Source: the human T2T-CHM13v2.0 reference genome, Homo sapiens | Assembly (NCBI RefSeq): GCF_009914755.1 | Contig: NC_060929.1 | DNA: 64,000 bases | Strand: one strand, 5' to 3' | Shown here: positions 27,553 to 42,349 of the stretch, in pieces | How positions within the stretch are numbered: the stretch's first letter is position 1 | How the letters are laid out: each line of letters starts with the position of its first letter | Translations under genes and position numbers: made by a program | The notes under the pieces: generated by a model | Databases searched by the model: none | The model's input: the letters and a program-made list of their open reading frames with translations, nothing else | What the model was told of the DNA's origin: nothing

Positions 27553-27822
27553 TGTATTATTTACCTGTTGCTGCATAACAAATTGCCCCCAAACTCGGTG
27601 ACTTTCTACAACAATCTTTGTTTATTATCTCTTATGGATCCCTGGGCCAAGAATTCACATGGAGCACAATGGAGAAGGATGGAAGACCTGAAAACTAAAC
27701 TGAAATCATCTAAAGACTTATTTACTCATGTGAGCTGTGTTGGAGCTGTCAGCTGCAACACTTACACAAGGCCTCTGCATTGGGCCTGAACTTCCTCACA
27801 ACATGGTGACTGGGTCTTAAGG
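27553..27822 (-). mobile_element. MLT1 (F/G/H-type) MaLR LTR fragment
   Basis: tgtattatttacctgttgctgcataacaaattgcccccaaactc...cttcctcacaacatggtgactggg. Confidence 0.7.
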
Positions 27823-29374
27823 ATTGGCCTAGATAAAGTCATGGCAGAGACCACTCATGGAAAGCTATGTCAACAATGGAAGATGAATGGCCAGGATGAA
27901 GACAGAGAGAGAGAGAGTAAAGAATTCCAAAGGTTGCCATGTTTGTCTAACCCTGCTTCACAGAACCAACAGACAAAATCTGTAGCCTCCTCTCCTTGTC
28001 AGATCTGTGTATTTTGTATGGGAATGAATATGTCAGAAAGTAGTAGCTTAGTGATAAATTATGCAACAGCCTCTTCTTCATTCTAGGTTCACCAGTACTG
28101 CCAAATTAACATTACCTGAGCACCTCCTTTGCCCAAGAATTTTTACAAGTGTAATTTCATTTAATTCTCACAACAACCCAAAGTTATAATTTTAATTTTC
28201 CCCCCTTTGGATTAGAACTTAGAGGATATGGAAACCTCTCAGTCACCCATATATGTAAACTACTGCTAAAAAGGTTTATTTTAAAGAAGTGGAGCTGTTA
28301 TTTACTCTCATACATTCACCTATTTTAGTTTCAGGGAGTACTTCTATGGCGGACTTATGTAATACCTGTGATCGTATAAGAAAGTCTTTTGGTTCAGGTA
28401 TTCTTATCACATTATCTAACATATCTGTGAGACTTACCTTTGATCTCCCATGTCGTTATACTTCCAAAGCCACCTTCAACTAAAATCTACACTAAACAAA
28501 GAAAAGTGCTTCAATAAATCTGTGTTTCTAAGCAATTGTCACCTTTCCCAAAAAAGTAAAATAGCAATTTCTATAGCTGTTTTTTCTTTTAATGGCTTTA
28601 TTGAGATGTGTCACATACCATATCATTCACCCATTTAAAGTGTTCAGTTCAGTATTTTTTAGTATATTCACAGATATATACATTCATCGCCATAATCTAA
28701 TTTTAAAACATTTCTCTCTTGCAAAAGTAGCCCAGTACCCATTAGCTGTCATTCCCCAGCACCCTCCCACCATCAGGTTCTAAGCAACCATGAATCTACC
28801 TTCTATTTCTGTAGATTTGCCTATTCTGACCATTTTCTATATATGAAATCATACTATTTGTGGTCCTTTGTGACTGGCCTCTTTCACTTAGCATAATGTT
28901 TTCAAGGTTCATTCATGTCTTAGCATGTATCAGTGCTTCATCCCTTTATGGTATATCCATAAAATGAAATATTATAGGACTATAGTATTTCATTTTATGG
29001 ATATACCATATTTTGTTTATCCATTTATTAGTTGATAGACATTTGAGTTGTTTTTACTTTTTGACTACTATGACTAATGCTGCTATGGAAATTCTTTTAC
29101 AAGTTGTCATGTGGCCATATGTTTTCATTTTTCTTGAGTGTGTACCTAGTGGTGAAATTGCTGTGTTATGTAGTAACTCTATGTTTAGCCTTTTGAGGAA
29201 CTGCCAAACTGTTTTCCAAAGTGATTGCACCAGTTTACATTCTCACCAGCAATATATGAGGGTTTCAATTTCTCCACATCCTTACCAACACTTGTTATTG
29301 TCTGTCTTTTTCATTATAGTCATTCTGTGGGTATGAAGTGGTATCTCATTGTGGTTTTGATTTACATTTTGTAA

Positions 29375-29842
<468 letters not shown>

Positions 29843-29863
29843 TGAATTGTAAGAATGTTTTAA

Positions 29864-30248
<385 letters not shown>

Positions 30249-30344
30249 TAGCCTTCTTTATGGTATCATTTGCAGCACAGTTTTAGATCTTTTTTGTTGT
30301 TGTTGTTTAGCTTGTTTATTTGTTTCATTTTATGTGCAGTACTC

Positions 30345-31145
30345 ACTTCTGCTTTCATTCATTTATGCCTTGAGTGTCCATTATGTGTCAGGAACTTTTC
30401 TAGACACTGGTGATATGTCAGTGAATAGGATAGAACAATGTCCTTGCTCTCCTGAAACTAATATTCCACTCAAGAAAGGCAGATGATAAACAAATAAATC
30501 AAAGATTTCAGACAATGATAAATATGTTTAAGAAAATGAAGTGAGATAATGAAGTGGAAAATTTTTATGAGGCGTGTGTCCAGGGTGGGGAGGCAGCTTT
30601 AGGTAGATTCACACTGTTGGCATTTGGGGCCAGATAATTCTTTGTTGTGTTGTAGCTGTCCTGTGCAAATATCCTACAATGCAAGGACAGCTGCCTGTGT
30701 AAGGATATCTGTAGCAGGATCTCTGACCTCTACCCACTAGGTACCATTAGTACCTCCCTCACTTGCTATAATTGTACAAAATATCTACAGACACTGCCAA
30801 ATGTTCCTCAGAGAGAAAAATCACTCTCAATTGAGAACCACTCAGATTAATAGTTGAGAAAGGCATCTCCGAGTGATGACCTGAAGACAGAGTCCACCTT
30901 ATGGGAAGCAGTGGAGCAAAAGCATTCAAGATAGATGGTAAATAAGTGCAGAAGCAAGGTGGGGATGCACTTGATGTGTTTGAGAATAGAAACAAGGCTT
31001 TAGAGTGACAGTGTGGTGAATAAGGGAAAGAATAGTAGGAGATAAAAATAGAGAGGTAGGCTGGGGTCAGATTATGAAGGATCTAGTAGACAGTAATAAG
31101 AAATTTGGAATTATTCCGAGTACAGTATAATTGGAAGCCAGTAAG
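30345..31145 (-). mobile_element. L2 relic interrupted by MER20
   Basis: ttcattcatttat...tgagtgtccattatgtgtcagg...gtgatgacctgaa...aagcattcaag. Confidence 0.7.
30605..30843 (-). mobile_element. MER20 MITE with internal inverted segment
   Basis: catttggggccagataattctttgttgtg...cctctacccactag...cagacactgccaaatgttcc...ttgagaaccact. Confidence 0.85.
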
Positions 31146-31499
31146 TCAGGGATAAATGGGTGCTCTCAAATATAGGAAATAAGCTGTAGATTTGGGGTTT
31201 TGTCCCACTTTATTTTATTTTGAGTTTTTGTGGGTTTTTGTTGTTGTTTTTGCTCAAGGATCCACAATCAGAGAGTGATAGAGCTAGGACTAAAACCCAA
31301 GTCTCCAGGCTAGTAAGCTATAGGTCTTTCTATTAAACACGGGTGACGAAGCAGTCTACATTTATTAACTGTAGGATTGCAATTGGCCGTTACTCTAACT
31401 GACCTTTCCCTGAATCCACCTTGTTTAAGAATTCCTAATATAGTACTTAGCATTTGGCATGAAAATCAAAGAAGATGAACTTTAGCAAGAAGCTAATCC

Positions 31500-31650
31500 A
31501 AATCTGCTTCACAGACCAGCAGCATCAGCATCACCTGGAAACTTGTTAGAAATGCAGAATCTCAGGCCCACCTCAAACCTACTGAATTAAAATCTGTGCC
31601 TTGATAGTCCCTAGTTAATTAGTATGCATGTTAAAGCTTGAGAAGCACTG
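31500..31650. mobile_element. MER5A-like MITE
   Basis: gaccagcagcatcagcatcacctggaaacttgttagaaatgcagaatctcaggccc...ttgagaagcactg. Confidence 0.85.
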
Positions 31651-31769
31651 ATCTAGTTTATCAAAATATCATCAGAAACAGTCGAGTGATTCAAATGGTT
31701 TTTTTTAATGGGCTTTTACTGAGTCAGAAGACTAATGATGGTGTCATCATTAAGCTCTCATTATAACAT

Positions 31770-32420
31770 CTTTTTTATTCCTTTCTTTCTTTGGCTCACA
31801 GCAATTCTTCACTCACAAAGTCCTATGTAGTCTTCCTTAATAACAGCATACATTCTTTCCTTTCATTTCTGCAGCCACCACCTTTGTCTTTACCCTCACT
31901 AATTTGTACCTAGCTTATTATAGCCATATCAAAATTTATGCCTTCCTCCCTTCATGCCCTTCATTGCCTAGAGCTCTCCGAATCTCAAACTTCATATGGC
32001 TTTTTCTTGTCTTCAGAGTAAAATTCACATTTCCAACTCTGACTTTGAAGGCCTTCTATATCAAAACTCCAAACACGTTTCCCAGAGAATCTGTTGTGTG
32101 TATGTCTTTAAGTCCATGTCTTTGTTCACACCCTGGAATGCCCTTTCCCATCCTTTCTACTGCCTTCAAGGCTCTGCTGAAATCCCACTTCCATCAGTGA
32201 TGTCAAATCTACCCAGTTGCCTACCCAGGTTCTACGGCACTTGTTGCCTGTACCAATTATTTTTTGGTGGGGGGGTCTGATAGCATTATAATTTCAGGCA
32301 CAAGCACAGGTCTTCATAACTAAATTGTAGTTCATGGAGAACAGAGGCCACATCTTTGTCTGCTCCCACTCTAATGCTTAGTAAGGCACTAAGCATGTAG
32401 TAGGTAATCAGTAAATATTT
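31770..32420 (+). mobile_element. L2 relic
   Basis: cagccaccacc...cttcagagtaaaattcac...cctggaatgcccttt...gtagtaggtaatcagtaaatattt. Confidence 0.6.
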
Positions 32421-33849
32421 TGCCTTTGAATCTGAAGTTGTGGAGTAATGCCCAGATTTACAAGCACTTCGTTTCTACTAATTTATTTTCTCTAAGGGTC
32501 TATGCTACAGTTCAGCAATTGTGTAAACAGCATTGTTTATAAAGCCAGCCATGGGTAAGCAGTCTCAGATCAGCTGGGTGGTAGGCAATGGATGCAGTCC
32601 AGAATTTCAGGCCAAATAAAATTGTGAATCTTTATTTCAAGAACCACTGTATTCTGTGGGACCAAGCTCTGTTCCGGGTGTCAGAACAATAGGTATCCCT
32701 CCCTGCTGCTGAGCAGCTGTATGGGGCAAAAAGCCCCGATTGAGCCTGGCCCGCCTGAACCTGGGATAGCCCAGATATAAAATGATAATAACATTGACCT
32801 GAATTCTGTATTTTGTTACATTTTTGTGTTTGCTTAGTACTTCTTTCTTAAGGTTGTTGGCAAGAGCATCTGCTGGTAACTTGGCTCAGTGTGTTGTAGG
32901 TTTTTGTATATGGTTTGGGTTTCCTATTCCTGGGCATTGAACTATTAAGATTCCTGCAGATAGGCATAACTACTTACAGCCTTTTCTGTGTATATATTAG
33001 CTCTTACGGACCTCATAAACCTAAAGAGGTGCAGAGGAAAAGTGCCATCATTCTCATTTTACAACTGGGGAAGCAGAGGCCCAGAAAAGTGATCTAACTT
33101 TCCCAAGTTCACAAATGTGTTATCAGAGCTGCAACCAGAGCTAAGGTTGAGGCTTTATGAACCTTAGGTTACTATTCGGTTAATAGGCTCAGTGCAGCCT
33201 TACCTTACTAATTATTAAAAATAGACAACATTAGGATTTAAACCAGATGGTCTTTTCCTGTTGTTCACACTCTTACCCACTGTCAGCAATGGCCCATCAG
33301 ATAATCCACACTGATTCATGAAAAGGCAAATATTTTCTGTTTCTGTTCTAAGCTAGGCTTGCCAAAACCGAGAGCAATATTCTCTATCCCCGAGATGCAT
33401 TGCTTCAAGCACCTATCTACTTTCTCTGCAAAGTTATCCCTTTGGCAATGGTTCTTCAATTCTGATTATATCTGGGAGAGAAATAATAAACCTATTTAGA
33501 TGCTAATTGGCTTTAACATCTCAGTGAGTCAACAGGCTCATGTATGTCCTACAAGAAGTCTCTCAAACCTGGATCATACAGCTATCAAACAGTGTTGCTC
33601 AGCCACCAACTTCAAAATGGCTCAATCCATTTGAGTTTACAAAGCATTCCATTTTATAGCAAAGGACATCTGTGCTAAGGATAGTGTCTTAAAGGCTAGG
33701 CTTTTGAGGTGGCAATTATTTTCTTGCTGAGGTTTCAGAATAGACAATTTTTTTTCCTACATTAAAACAGAGAAATGAAGAGTCTGAGTATTCTAGGAAG
33801 TTCATGGCATAATGGTAAGCAGATAAATTTCTGATATCCTTCTGAAAAT

Positions 33850-34050
33850 TAACTTAGTAGCTTTGTGACCTCTGGCGCCTTATCTTCTCCAAGCCTCGGT
33901 TTTCTCATCTGTAAAATGGAAGTCATAATGGTACTTACAAGGCCAAAATGATGACTAAATGAGAGGATAAATTTAAAATATTTAGCTCAATGCCTGGCAC
34001 ATAGTAAGTGCTTCATAACAATTGAGTACTAGTATTACTATTATTTATTA
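33850..34050 (+). mobile_element. MIR fragment
   Basis: gcctcggttttctcatctgtaaaatgg...aatgcctggcacatagtaagtgct. Confidence 0.8.
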
Positions 34051-34243
34051 ATAATTCCTATAGTCAAATAGAATAAGGAGTCCCCCTTGTTCACTATAGA
34101 TATTCAGAATGTCCTTCTCTCAGGCCTGAATGAGTAATTCCTTCTGGATTACTAATATCAAAAGTCCATTTGTATCTGATTGAGATGAGGAAAGAAATGC
34201 AGGATGGAGCAGGGAACCAGTCCTCACACTACATGGTTTACTC

Positions 34244-34459
34244 CAGCGATTCTCAACGTTAGCACTACCTATGTTTTGCACAGGGTTAGTCTTTGTTTTG
34301 GGGGGCTGTCCTGCACAATGGAGGATGTTCATCAGTATCCTTGGCCTCTATCCATTATAAGATGCCAGCAGCAAACCAACCTCCTCCAAGTTCTGATGAC
34401 CAAAACTATATCCAGATATTTGCCGACTGGGGGCACTTGCCCCCAGTTGAGAGTCACTA
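34244..34459 (-). mobile_element. MER20 MITE
   Basis: ttctcaacgttagcactac...gggctgtcctgcacaatggaggatgttc...ccttggcctctatcca...cccagttgagagtcact. Confidence 0.8.
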
Positions 34460-34528
34460 ATTACACAGTACATTTGTCCATGATGGGGACATGTAGGCTC
34501 ACGGGGTAGCCAGTGACAGGCAGGCAGA

Positions 34529-34833
34529 CAGGAGTGGGGAATTTTTTTTCTGTAAAGGCCCCAAGTAGCAAATATTTTAGGCACTGTCTGTCCCAACTAC
34601 TAAACTCTGCCATGTAGCTTGAAAGCAGCCAAAGACAACACATAAATGAACATGTTCCAGCAAAACTATTTATGGGCCCTGAAATTTGAATTTCATATAA
34701 TTTTCATGTGTCACTAAGTAATCTTTTTAAAATTTTTATTCAACCACCTAAAAATGTTAAAACTATACATGAGTCGTACAAAATCAGGTGGTGGGCTAGA
34801 CTTGGCCCATGAGCCATAGTTTTCTGACCTTTG
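34529..34833 (+). mobile_element. MER58B-like MITE
   Basis: ttttttctgtaaaggcc...tgaaatttgaatttcatataattttcatgtgtcac...ttggcccatgagccatagttt. Confidence 0.8.
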
Positions 34834-37800
34834 GACTAAGAAATACATGAAGCCGTAACTTCATATTTATCCCTAAGATAAACATGGGATAAATATGATA
34901 CTTCTCCTAACACCATCAAATTTACATATAAATTTTAGAGAAAGCATATTATTTTATTAAAATGAGCATTGCTATATTTTGGAATAGGACCCAAGCCAAA
35001 ATGAATTTTAGAGATAAAACATTATATTCCAAAGTTATATCTTGCTTCCCATGGGCTGTTGACCCATGCCTCAGGTCCCCAGAGGCCTTCATTTCCTGCC
35101 TTCATTTTCCCTTGCTTTTAGGCTACCTTGGTAGGAAAACTTAAGAAGTTGCCATGCCATTTTAAGTGAGAAACTAAGTCATATAAGAGCCTTTTAGACT
35201 TCCCATAACTGGTTACCCTTAGATAGTGTCCAACAAGGCACCTCAAAATATTCTAAGTGCTCTAGTGGTTGTCTAATATATTTCATCAGAGAATGGTTGT
35301 GTAATATACGATTGTTTAATCCAAGGTGGCTCCTATAAATCCTTTTTGAAATGTTCAAGTATCTCTGTCACACACTTGGGGTATGAGGTTTATTCACTTC
35401 CATTGTCAACTAAGCAGCATGTGTACCCCACAGCTTGATGAGTACCCAGAAAATCAGCAAATGGTGTGGGCCCTACTCTCAGGAAGCTGGAATCTGATGG
35501 TGATATTAGGACCTGCTCATATGAGATGACCCGCAAAGAGTACACCATCAAGAAAGGTGTTGTGGCAGAAGGAGAAGTGGAGTGGCAAGCGGGAGGCACA
35601 TTTTCTAGCACCTCCTGTGCATTCATCCTGAAGGAGAGAGTTACTTTACCTTTAGATAAGTTTTTCTCTTCTGCCCAGAGTGCTTTTTTGAGACAGATTC
35701 TGAGACATCATCCAAGTTCAGCTGGGAAGAATGCCACAATTGATTAGAGCTGTCAGCCGTGGATGGGAGATCAGGGATTGGCTGGCAAAAGTGCCAGGGT
35801 GTTGACAGGCATAGTCTCAGTCATCTCCACAGTTCTTCCTGGCTGGAAATGCCTCTGGCTATATTACCCTTATTGCATGATTTCATGGTACTGATCAGAT
35901 CCAAAGAAGGAGGATGATTGTGAGATGCAAAGCTCAGGGGACGACTACGCGGTGAAGGTGAGAGAATGCCCAGAGCTTTGAAGAGGCTGCTTCTTCTTCA
36001 AAGCTGTGTTCCAGCAGAGCACATTTTGTGCATACTTGAATTTTCGTTGGCTCTAGGCTGAGCGCATTCTATTGTGGCGTTGGCATGGGAAGAGGGAGGC
36101 ATGCGAGAAATATTGCATCTCTGCTATTCTCCTGGGCCCTTGTGAATGGGAATGTCTTCTTAATGAGCCTATCCCAGAGAGTCTGGCCTTTCAGATAAAC
36201 AAATAAGCATCAGCAGGAGATGCTCACAAAAGGACTGGGCAAAATAGGGCCACGTTGAGTGACAACCCAAATAAAGGAGTCCTAAGAGGTCTGAAGCTGG
36301 TGGCTAATGAGCACATCTCCTCATTTGTGATTTCTTGGCCAGGACATGTATTGTTGAGGGTGCCAGGAAAGTCTGTCTTATTTTATACAGGAAGAAGCCT
36401 TTCTGGCCTTTGTCCTGGTACTGGCTTTTATATTTTATGTTGGGCTAGGGGCCTGCCTGGAGGACATTTACAAGGTGAGGAGAAATCTCAAGCTGATTTT
36501 AACCTAACACAATTTTCTTATCTTTCTAGTGATATATATCAGTTTTCTCACTTGGGAAATGGGAATAAAAATACAACTCACCTACTAGAATTGTTGGGAT
36601 GATTAAGTCGGATGATTCTCAGAAAGCACTTCCCACAGTTTCCAATATGTAGTCAGCATCTGATACATGTTGGCTGCAATCATTATTAGTAACAGTATTA
36701 TCATCATCATTTTCATATGTGGAAAGATACCAAAAGGAGTGTCCAGGGGTGAGGGATCTAGTTCCAATTCTGCTACCAGCTGGCTGTGAGATTTTAGGCA
36801 AGTCATCTCTCATGTCAACTGAGAGTGCTGGACGGGAGTTTTTATTCATTTTGTAAACATATTTGGAGGACCTACTAAGTGCCAGGCTCTATTTCCAGGG
36901 AGCAAATATATAAAGGTGAATAAGACACATTTTCTGTACTCAAGAGATCCCAAAGGTAATGGAGGAGACAGGTAACACATGTGACCACATAGCATGAGAA
37001 TTGCTCTTACTGTGTGGCTGCATGCCAAATGCTCGTGAGGCCTGGCACGGAATTAGCAAGACTAAAGGCTCTGTCCCAGTCCAACCTTCTGTGAGTCTAT
37101 AACTGAAGCATCCAAAGTATAAGCTGGGTGATTAGGGGAAGAAGAAGTCACCTAGCTGGCAAGGGGCCTAAAACTCAAGTCCCCTCCTTCTAGGACCAGA
37201 GTACTCACCAACTACCAAGCTGCCTTAAAATAAAAACATTCAAGAACAAGTGATGTGCAGAGAGGCAACACAGTGATAAGTAACTGGGGTCTGGAAATGG
37301 GAGACTTCAACTTCAATTTCAGCACTGTTATTTTGGTAGTTTAATGATTTAGAGTCAGTTGTTTAATCTCTTAGAGACTCAGTTACTTCATCAGCAAGGG
37401 TGTTACTATAGTAATACCTGCTAGACATTATTATTATATGGAGAGAGAGAGCTTGGTAAGCTGTGACATATACATTCTAGTTGGTGGTTGTTTCTGTTGT
37501 TATTATTAATAGTAACAACAATAAATATCCTGTTGTTTATTTTTTTGAAGTGTTCAGTGGCTGGTAACTGAATTAGAGTGCCTGGAGATATAGGTAAGGG
37601 TTTTTTGTTTTAATAATCATTATCTTTGTTCAAGAGAATAGGAAAAATATAAGCCTCTTTTTAACTTTAATGCAAAAAAGTCTTTATAGCTTGTGTGTGA
37701 AAAACAAGAGGAAGGGAGGAAGGGGAGGAAAGAGATTGTCTATTTCTACTTAAAGCTAATTAGAGAAGTAATTTTAGGTAAGAGTATTATGACCTGATTT

Positions 37801-38391
37801 CTGATTAATTTAAGTATTATTATACTGTTGTAATAGAAATCCCTGAAGTGCTTTATTGATTATCTGTTGGTAGAATGAAAGGGTAAGCAGCTGTAGTAAA
37901 TAAAATTTTTGTCTGAGGCAAAGCAAAGGAGAAGTAATATAGGAGAAATTATTATAATAAAGATGGGAGTGAGAGAAGAAACCTGGGTTCTAGTTCTTTC
38001 AGATAGGTGACCTTGAACAAATCTCTTCCCTATACTTGGCCTCGGTTTCCCCATCGGAACAACCTAGGGCATACTCTAGATAATCCCTAAGGTCCCTTTC
38101 AGCCTTGACAAACTATGAGATTTCTACCTGTACAATACTGAAACAGTGATTAAGAGGGAGAGACACCCACAAATAAAGAAATAGTTTGTGCTGTGCTCAA
38201 ATGCCTGACTGATAAAAAAGAGAACAGACTCATAAAACCCACTAATTCAAATTAAATGGATAATTCTTGTTGATTTTGAGCTGGCAATCTCAGGCTTCTA
38301 AATCACAAGGAAACTCCATTTGATCCTGCAATGGTCTCTTGGTCTCTTTCTTAGCTCAGTAGTGCTAAGCACAGAGGTTTCATGGAAATCA

Positions 38392-38431
<40 letters not shown>
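38392..38431. repeat. (GA)n microsatellite
   Basis: agagagaaa followed by (ga)15. Confidence 0.95.
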
Positions 38432-38433
<2 letters not shown>

Positions 38434-40136
38434 GTTTAAAAAAAGAAGAACAATATACTTGGATGAACTAAAGAGTGGTCCTCATGAAAGCCTCATAATG
38501 TCCATTGCCTACCTGTTTAACCCTTTGTGGCCTGATTTTTGGTCCTCAACTGAAATCAAATTAGGTAGTCTTATGTAGGGAAATGAATAACTTGTACACT
38601 GTTGTTGTTTGCCATCTTTAGGACCACCAAAGGGTAACGAATTCAGCAGACCCACAATCCGGCACTTCAGGTTTTTGAAATTTACTCATGAAAATTTAGG
38701 AAGTCCTAAAGGCTGTGAAAAATCATTGAACTTCATTGGCAGGCAGGACCTTGCTTTCAAAACTCTATGAGGCTACAAATCAGAGATTGAAACCTAAAGA
38801 GGGAACAGGGCTTTCCCAGAGTCACCTGCCTTCCCAGGCAGAACTGGGACTCGAAGTCACAGCTAGACTAGAACTCCACTGATTCCAAATCCAGTATAAC
38901 CAAGTCTCCTGTGGCCTTTCCCATGATCTGGACCCAAAGACTTTCTGATGTTCCCCAAAAGAGTTGTAGGTGCACTCTGTTCTCTGGTTCTTTGCAGTGT
39001 AATGGCAGAACTGAGGTTAGAATTCTCCTTGGATGTAAGGATCACCAGCCCACCAGGCTGGCAGTTAGACAAGGGAGTGATGGATTTGGGATGCTTTGTG
39101 TGACCTTGTATACAACAGGTTCTTAGACACAACCCTAGGACATGGAAAAGAATTACATTCATCCTGAGCCCCAGCTACTGTTACCAATTCAAATTAGGAC
39201 AACATATTGATTAAGATACAGGTAGTTATGCTACCCTAAGAACTGGAATCTGAATACCTAGTTTTTATTTCTACTTCTACCGCTTGTTAGTAACCTATTC
39301 TTGATCCACCATCTAACTTCTGTGAGCCTCAGTTTCTCCATCTTTAAGACAGTGATGATAATGACAGTATCTGTAGAACAGCTTAACTTGAACTAAATGA
39401 GAAAAACTAAACAAAACACATAGAATTAAGTATGAATTTCTGAGGTTAGTTTATACATGTTTTAAGAGCTTAGAGAAAAGGAAAAAACATAAGTATCCTA
39501 AGGAGATTAGGAAATGCTTCCTTGGGAAGGTTGGAAAGCAGCTAAGCCTTGAAGAATAGGATGTATTTTGAACACTGGGAGAAGAGATGAGAAGGTAGTG
39601 AAGTGGAGGCAATAGCCTGCACTATCCAGAGACAGTTTCTGATTGTCCTAATGCTATGGGCTCTCTACTTCAGTTTAAGAAATATTCCAATCTTTGATAC
39701 CTTCATTCAACAGTCCTTTCTATTTTTCTAATTTCATTTCCTGAATTGTTTCCCTGCGGAGGAGTGGGCCTACTTGTTGAAATAAATCACATCACAGATA
39801 CCTCTTTTCTTCTCTTTTGTTAAAAGTTCTGTTAAAATATATATATTGTTAAAAAATTAAAGGTTATCTCCAGATAATTCCCCAAATGAGTAGGCTTAGG
39901 CTTTAATCATATTATGTTCCCTTCCTTCTTGCTCTTCACTTGCCAAGTTATACTAATGATCATAATCTCTTCTATGTGTTTTGGACTTTACAGTGTGTGA
40001 AGGTTTTATTGCCACTGTTGGCCCTCTCAGTGAGCTGATGCAATAATTTAGGTTATAATTGTTGGACTCTTTATACGAATGAGTTGCTAGAGCTTTAGAG
40101 ATGTTGCCTGACACGTAGCAGGCTCTCAATAAATAT

Positions 40137-40399
40137 TGGATGGATGGATGGATGGATGGATGGATGGATGGATGGATGGATGGATGGGTGAGTGGATGAA
40201 TGGATGGATGGATGGATGGATGGATAAGTGGGTAGATGAATGGGTGGATGGATGGATGGATGGATGGATGGATGGATGGATGGATGAGTGGATGAATGGA
40301 TGGATGGATGGATGGATAAGTGGGTAGATGAATGGGTGGATGGATGGATGGATGGATGGTTGGATGGATGGATGGATGGATGGATGGATGGATGGATGG
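40137..40399. repeat. (TGGA)n compound tandem repeat at an L2 tail
   Basis: About 260 bp of tgga units with variant blocks; preceded by L2-end motif gcctgacacgtagcaggctctcaataaatatt. Confidence 0.95.
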
Positions 40400-40879
40400 G
40401 AGAAACAGGGGCCTTGAGTGGATTGATAGCTGCTCTAAGTATCTGCTGTATTTTATCATTTTCTCTCCCTCTATGGTAACTCCAGCTTCAGCAGAGATCC
40501 CAAGGCACAGAAAGCAGGCATGCCCTGCAATCATTTATCTCTGGGATGCCCTGGAGCCTGTCAAATGGAGATAGGGACCAAGATGGTATGTTGTAATTTT
40601 GTGATATAGAAAATCTGGTCAATTTCCATGAAGCAAGGCCCTCACCCCTATGGCTGCTTGTATAAGATACTGTCCCCTTTTGTACCCTGTGTAGATAATG
40701 TGTTTGGAGTTCCTCCTTTAGTTGAGAAAAATAGAATCCTTGCTCACTTCCATCCCAAAGTCTGGATTTGAGAGGGATCAATGCTTGGTTTGCAGGGAGA
40801 ATATGCAGAACAAAGGAAGGACCAGAAAACTAGAAGTCAGAAGACCTAAGTTCAAGACCCAAGTTCAAAACTTATAAAC

Positions 40880-41810
40880 TTAACTTATTTATTCATTGAT
40901 TATGTATTGATTCCTTACTCTGAGGCAGGCTTTGCCAGACAGTGAGAACACAGTAGTGAGTAAGGGGGACAAGACACCTGACTTCATGGACCTTAGTTCA
41001 AGTGGGGTAAGAGAGAAAAATTAAATAAATCAACTGAATAAGCAAGATAATTGTAAGATAAAGATTCCCCAGGCACAGTGGCTCGCGCCTGTAATCCCAG
41101 CACTTCGGAAGGCCAAGGCAGGCAGATCACCTAAGGTCAGGAGTTCGAGACTAGCCTGGCCAACATGACAAAACCCAGTCTCTACTAAAAATACAAAAAT
41201 TAGCTGAGCATCATGGTGCGTGCCTGTAATTCTAGCTACTCGGGAGGCTGAGACATGAAAATCGCTTGAACCTAGGAGGCAGAGGTTGCAGTGAGCCAAG
41301 ATCACACCATTGCGCCCCAGCCTGAGCAGCAGAGAGAGACTCTGTCAAAAAAAAAAAAAAAAAAAAAAAAGAAAGAAAGAAGAAAGAAAGAAAAGAAAAG
41401 GAGAAAGAAAACACGATTCTCTGAAGAAAAAAGCAATACACTGAGAGAAGGAAACATGAAGGTATTCATTTAAATAGTGGGTCAGTGAATGCCCTTACTG
41501 AGTAAAAGTGACATTTAAGCCTAGATTTCAATGCTGGATGGTATTCATGCTACAAAACAATTTGGAGAATATTCTAGCCAAAAGGGAATAATTTGTGCAA
41601 TGATTTGAAAAATGGAAGGACAACCAGGGTAGCTGGAATGTTTATGGCAAGGGAGAGAGTGATAGAAGATTAAATCAGGAAAACAGAGAAAGTAACAGAT
41701 GAGGCAGTGCTTGACAGGCCATGAAAAGAAGAGTGACTTTTATTTTAAGTGCATGAGAAGCCACTGGAAGGTCACAAGTAGAAAGGGATGTGGTCTCATC
41801 TGTTTTAAGA
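40880..41810 (-). mobile_element. L2 relic interrupted by an Alu
   Basis: attcattgattatgtattga...cctgacttcatggacctta...gtgacatttaagc...gaagccactggaagg. Confidence 0.7.
41068..41410 (+). mobile_element. Full-length AluS
   Basis: Dimeric Alu, gatcacctaaggtcaggagttcgagac, A/GA-rich tail. Confidence 0.95.
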
Positions 41811-41823
41811 ATTTGGTCCAGTC

Positions 41824-42349
<526 letters not shown>

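Noticed and set aside
35466-35747. 93-aa ORF with protein-like composition
   Set aside because: Non-ATG start, no family I recognise, no convincing splice boundaries
37765-37785. Other AG|GTAAG recursive-site-like motifs (37777 and 53561)
   Set aside because: Upstream sequence is purine-rich and lacks a polypyrimidine tract
39953-40574. 193-aa HPSI-repeat ORF and overlapping MDGW-repeat ORFs
   Set aside because: Translations of the (TGGA)n repeat; no coding evidence
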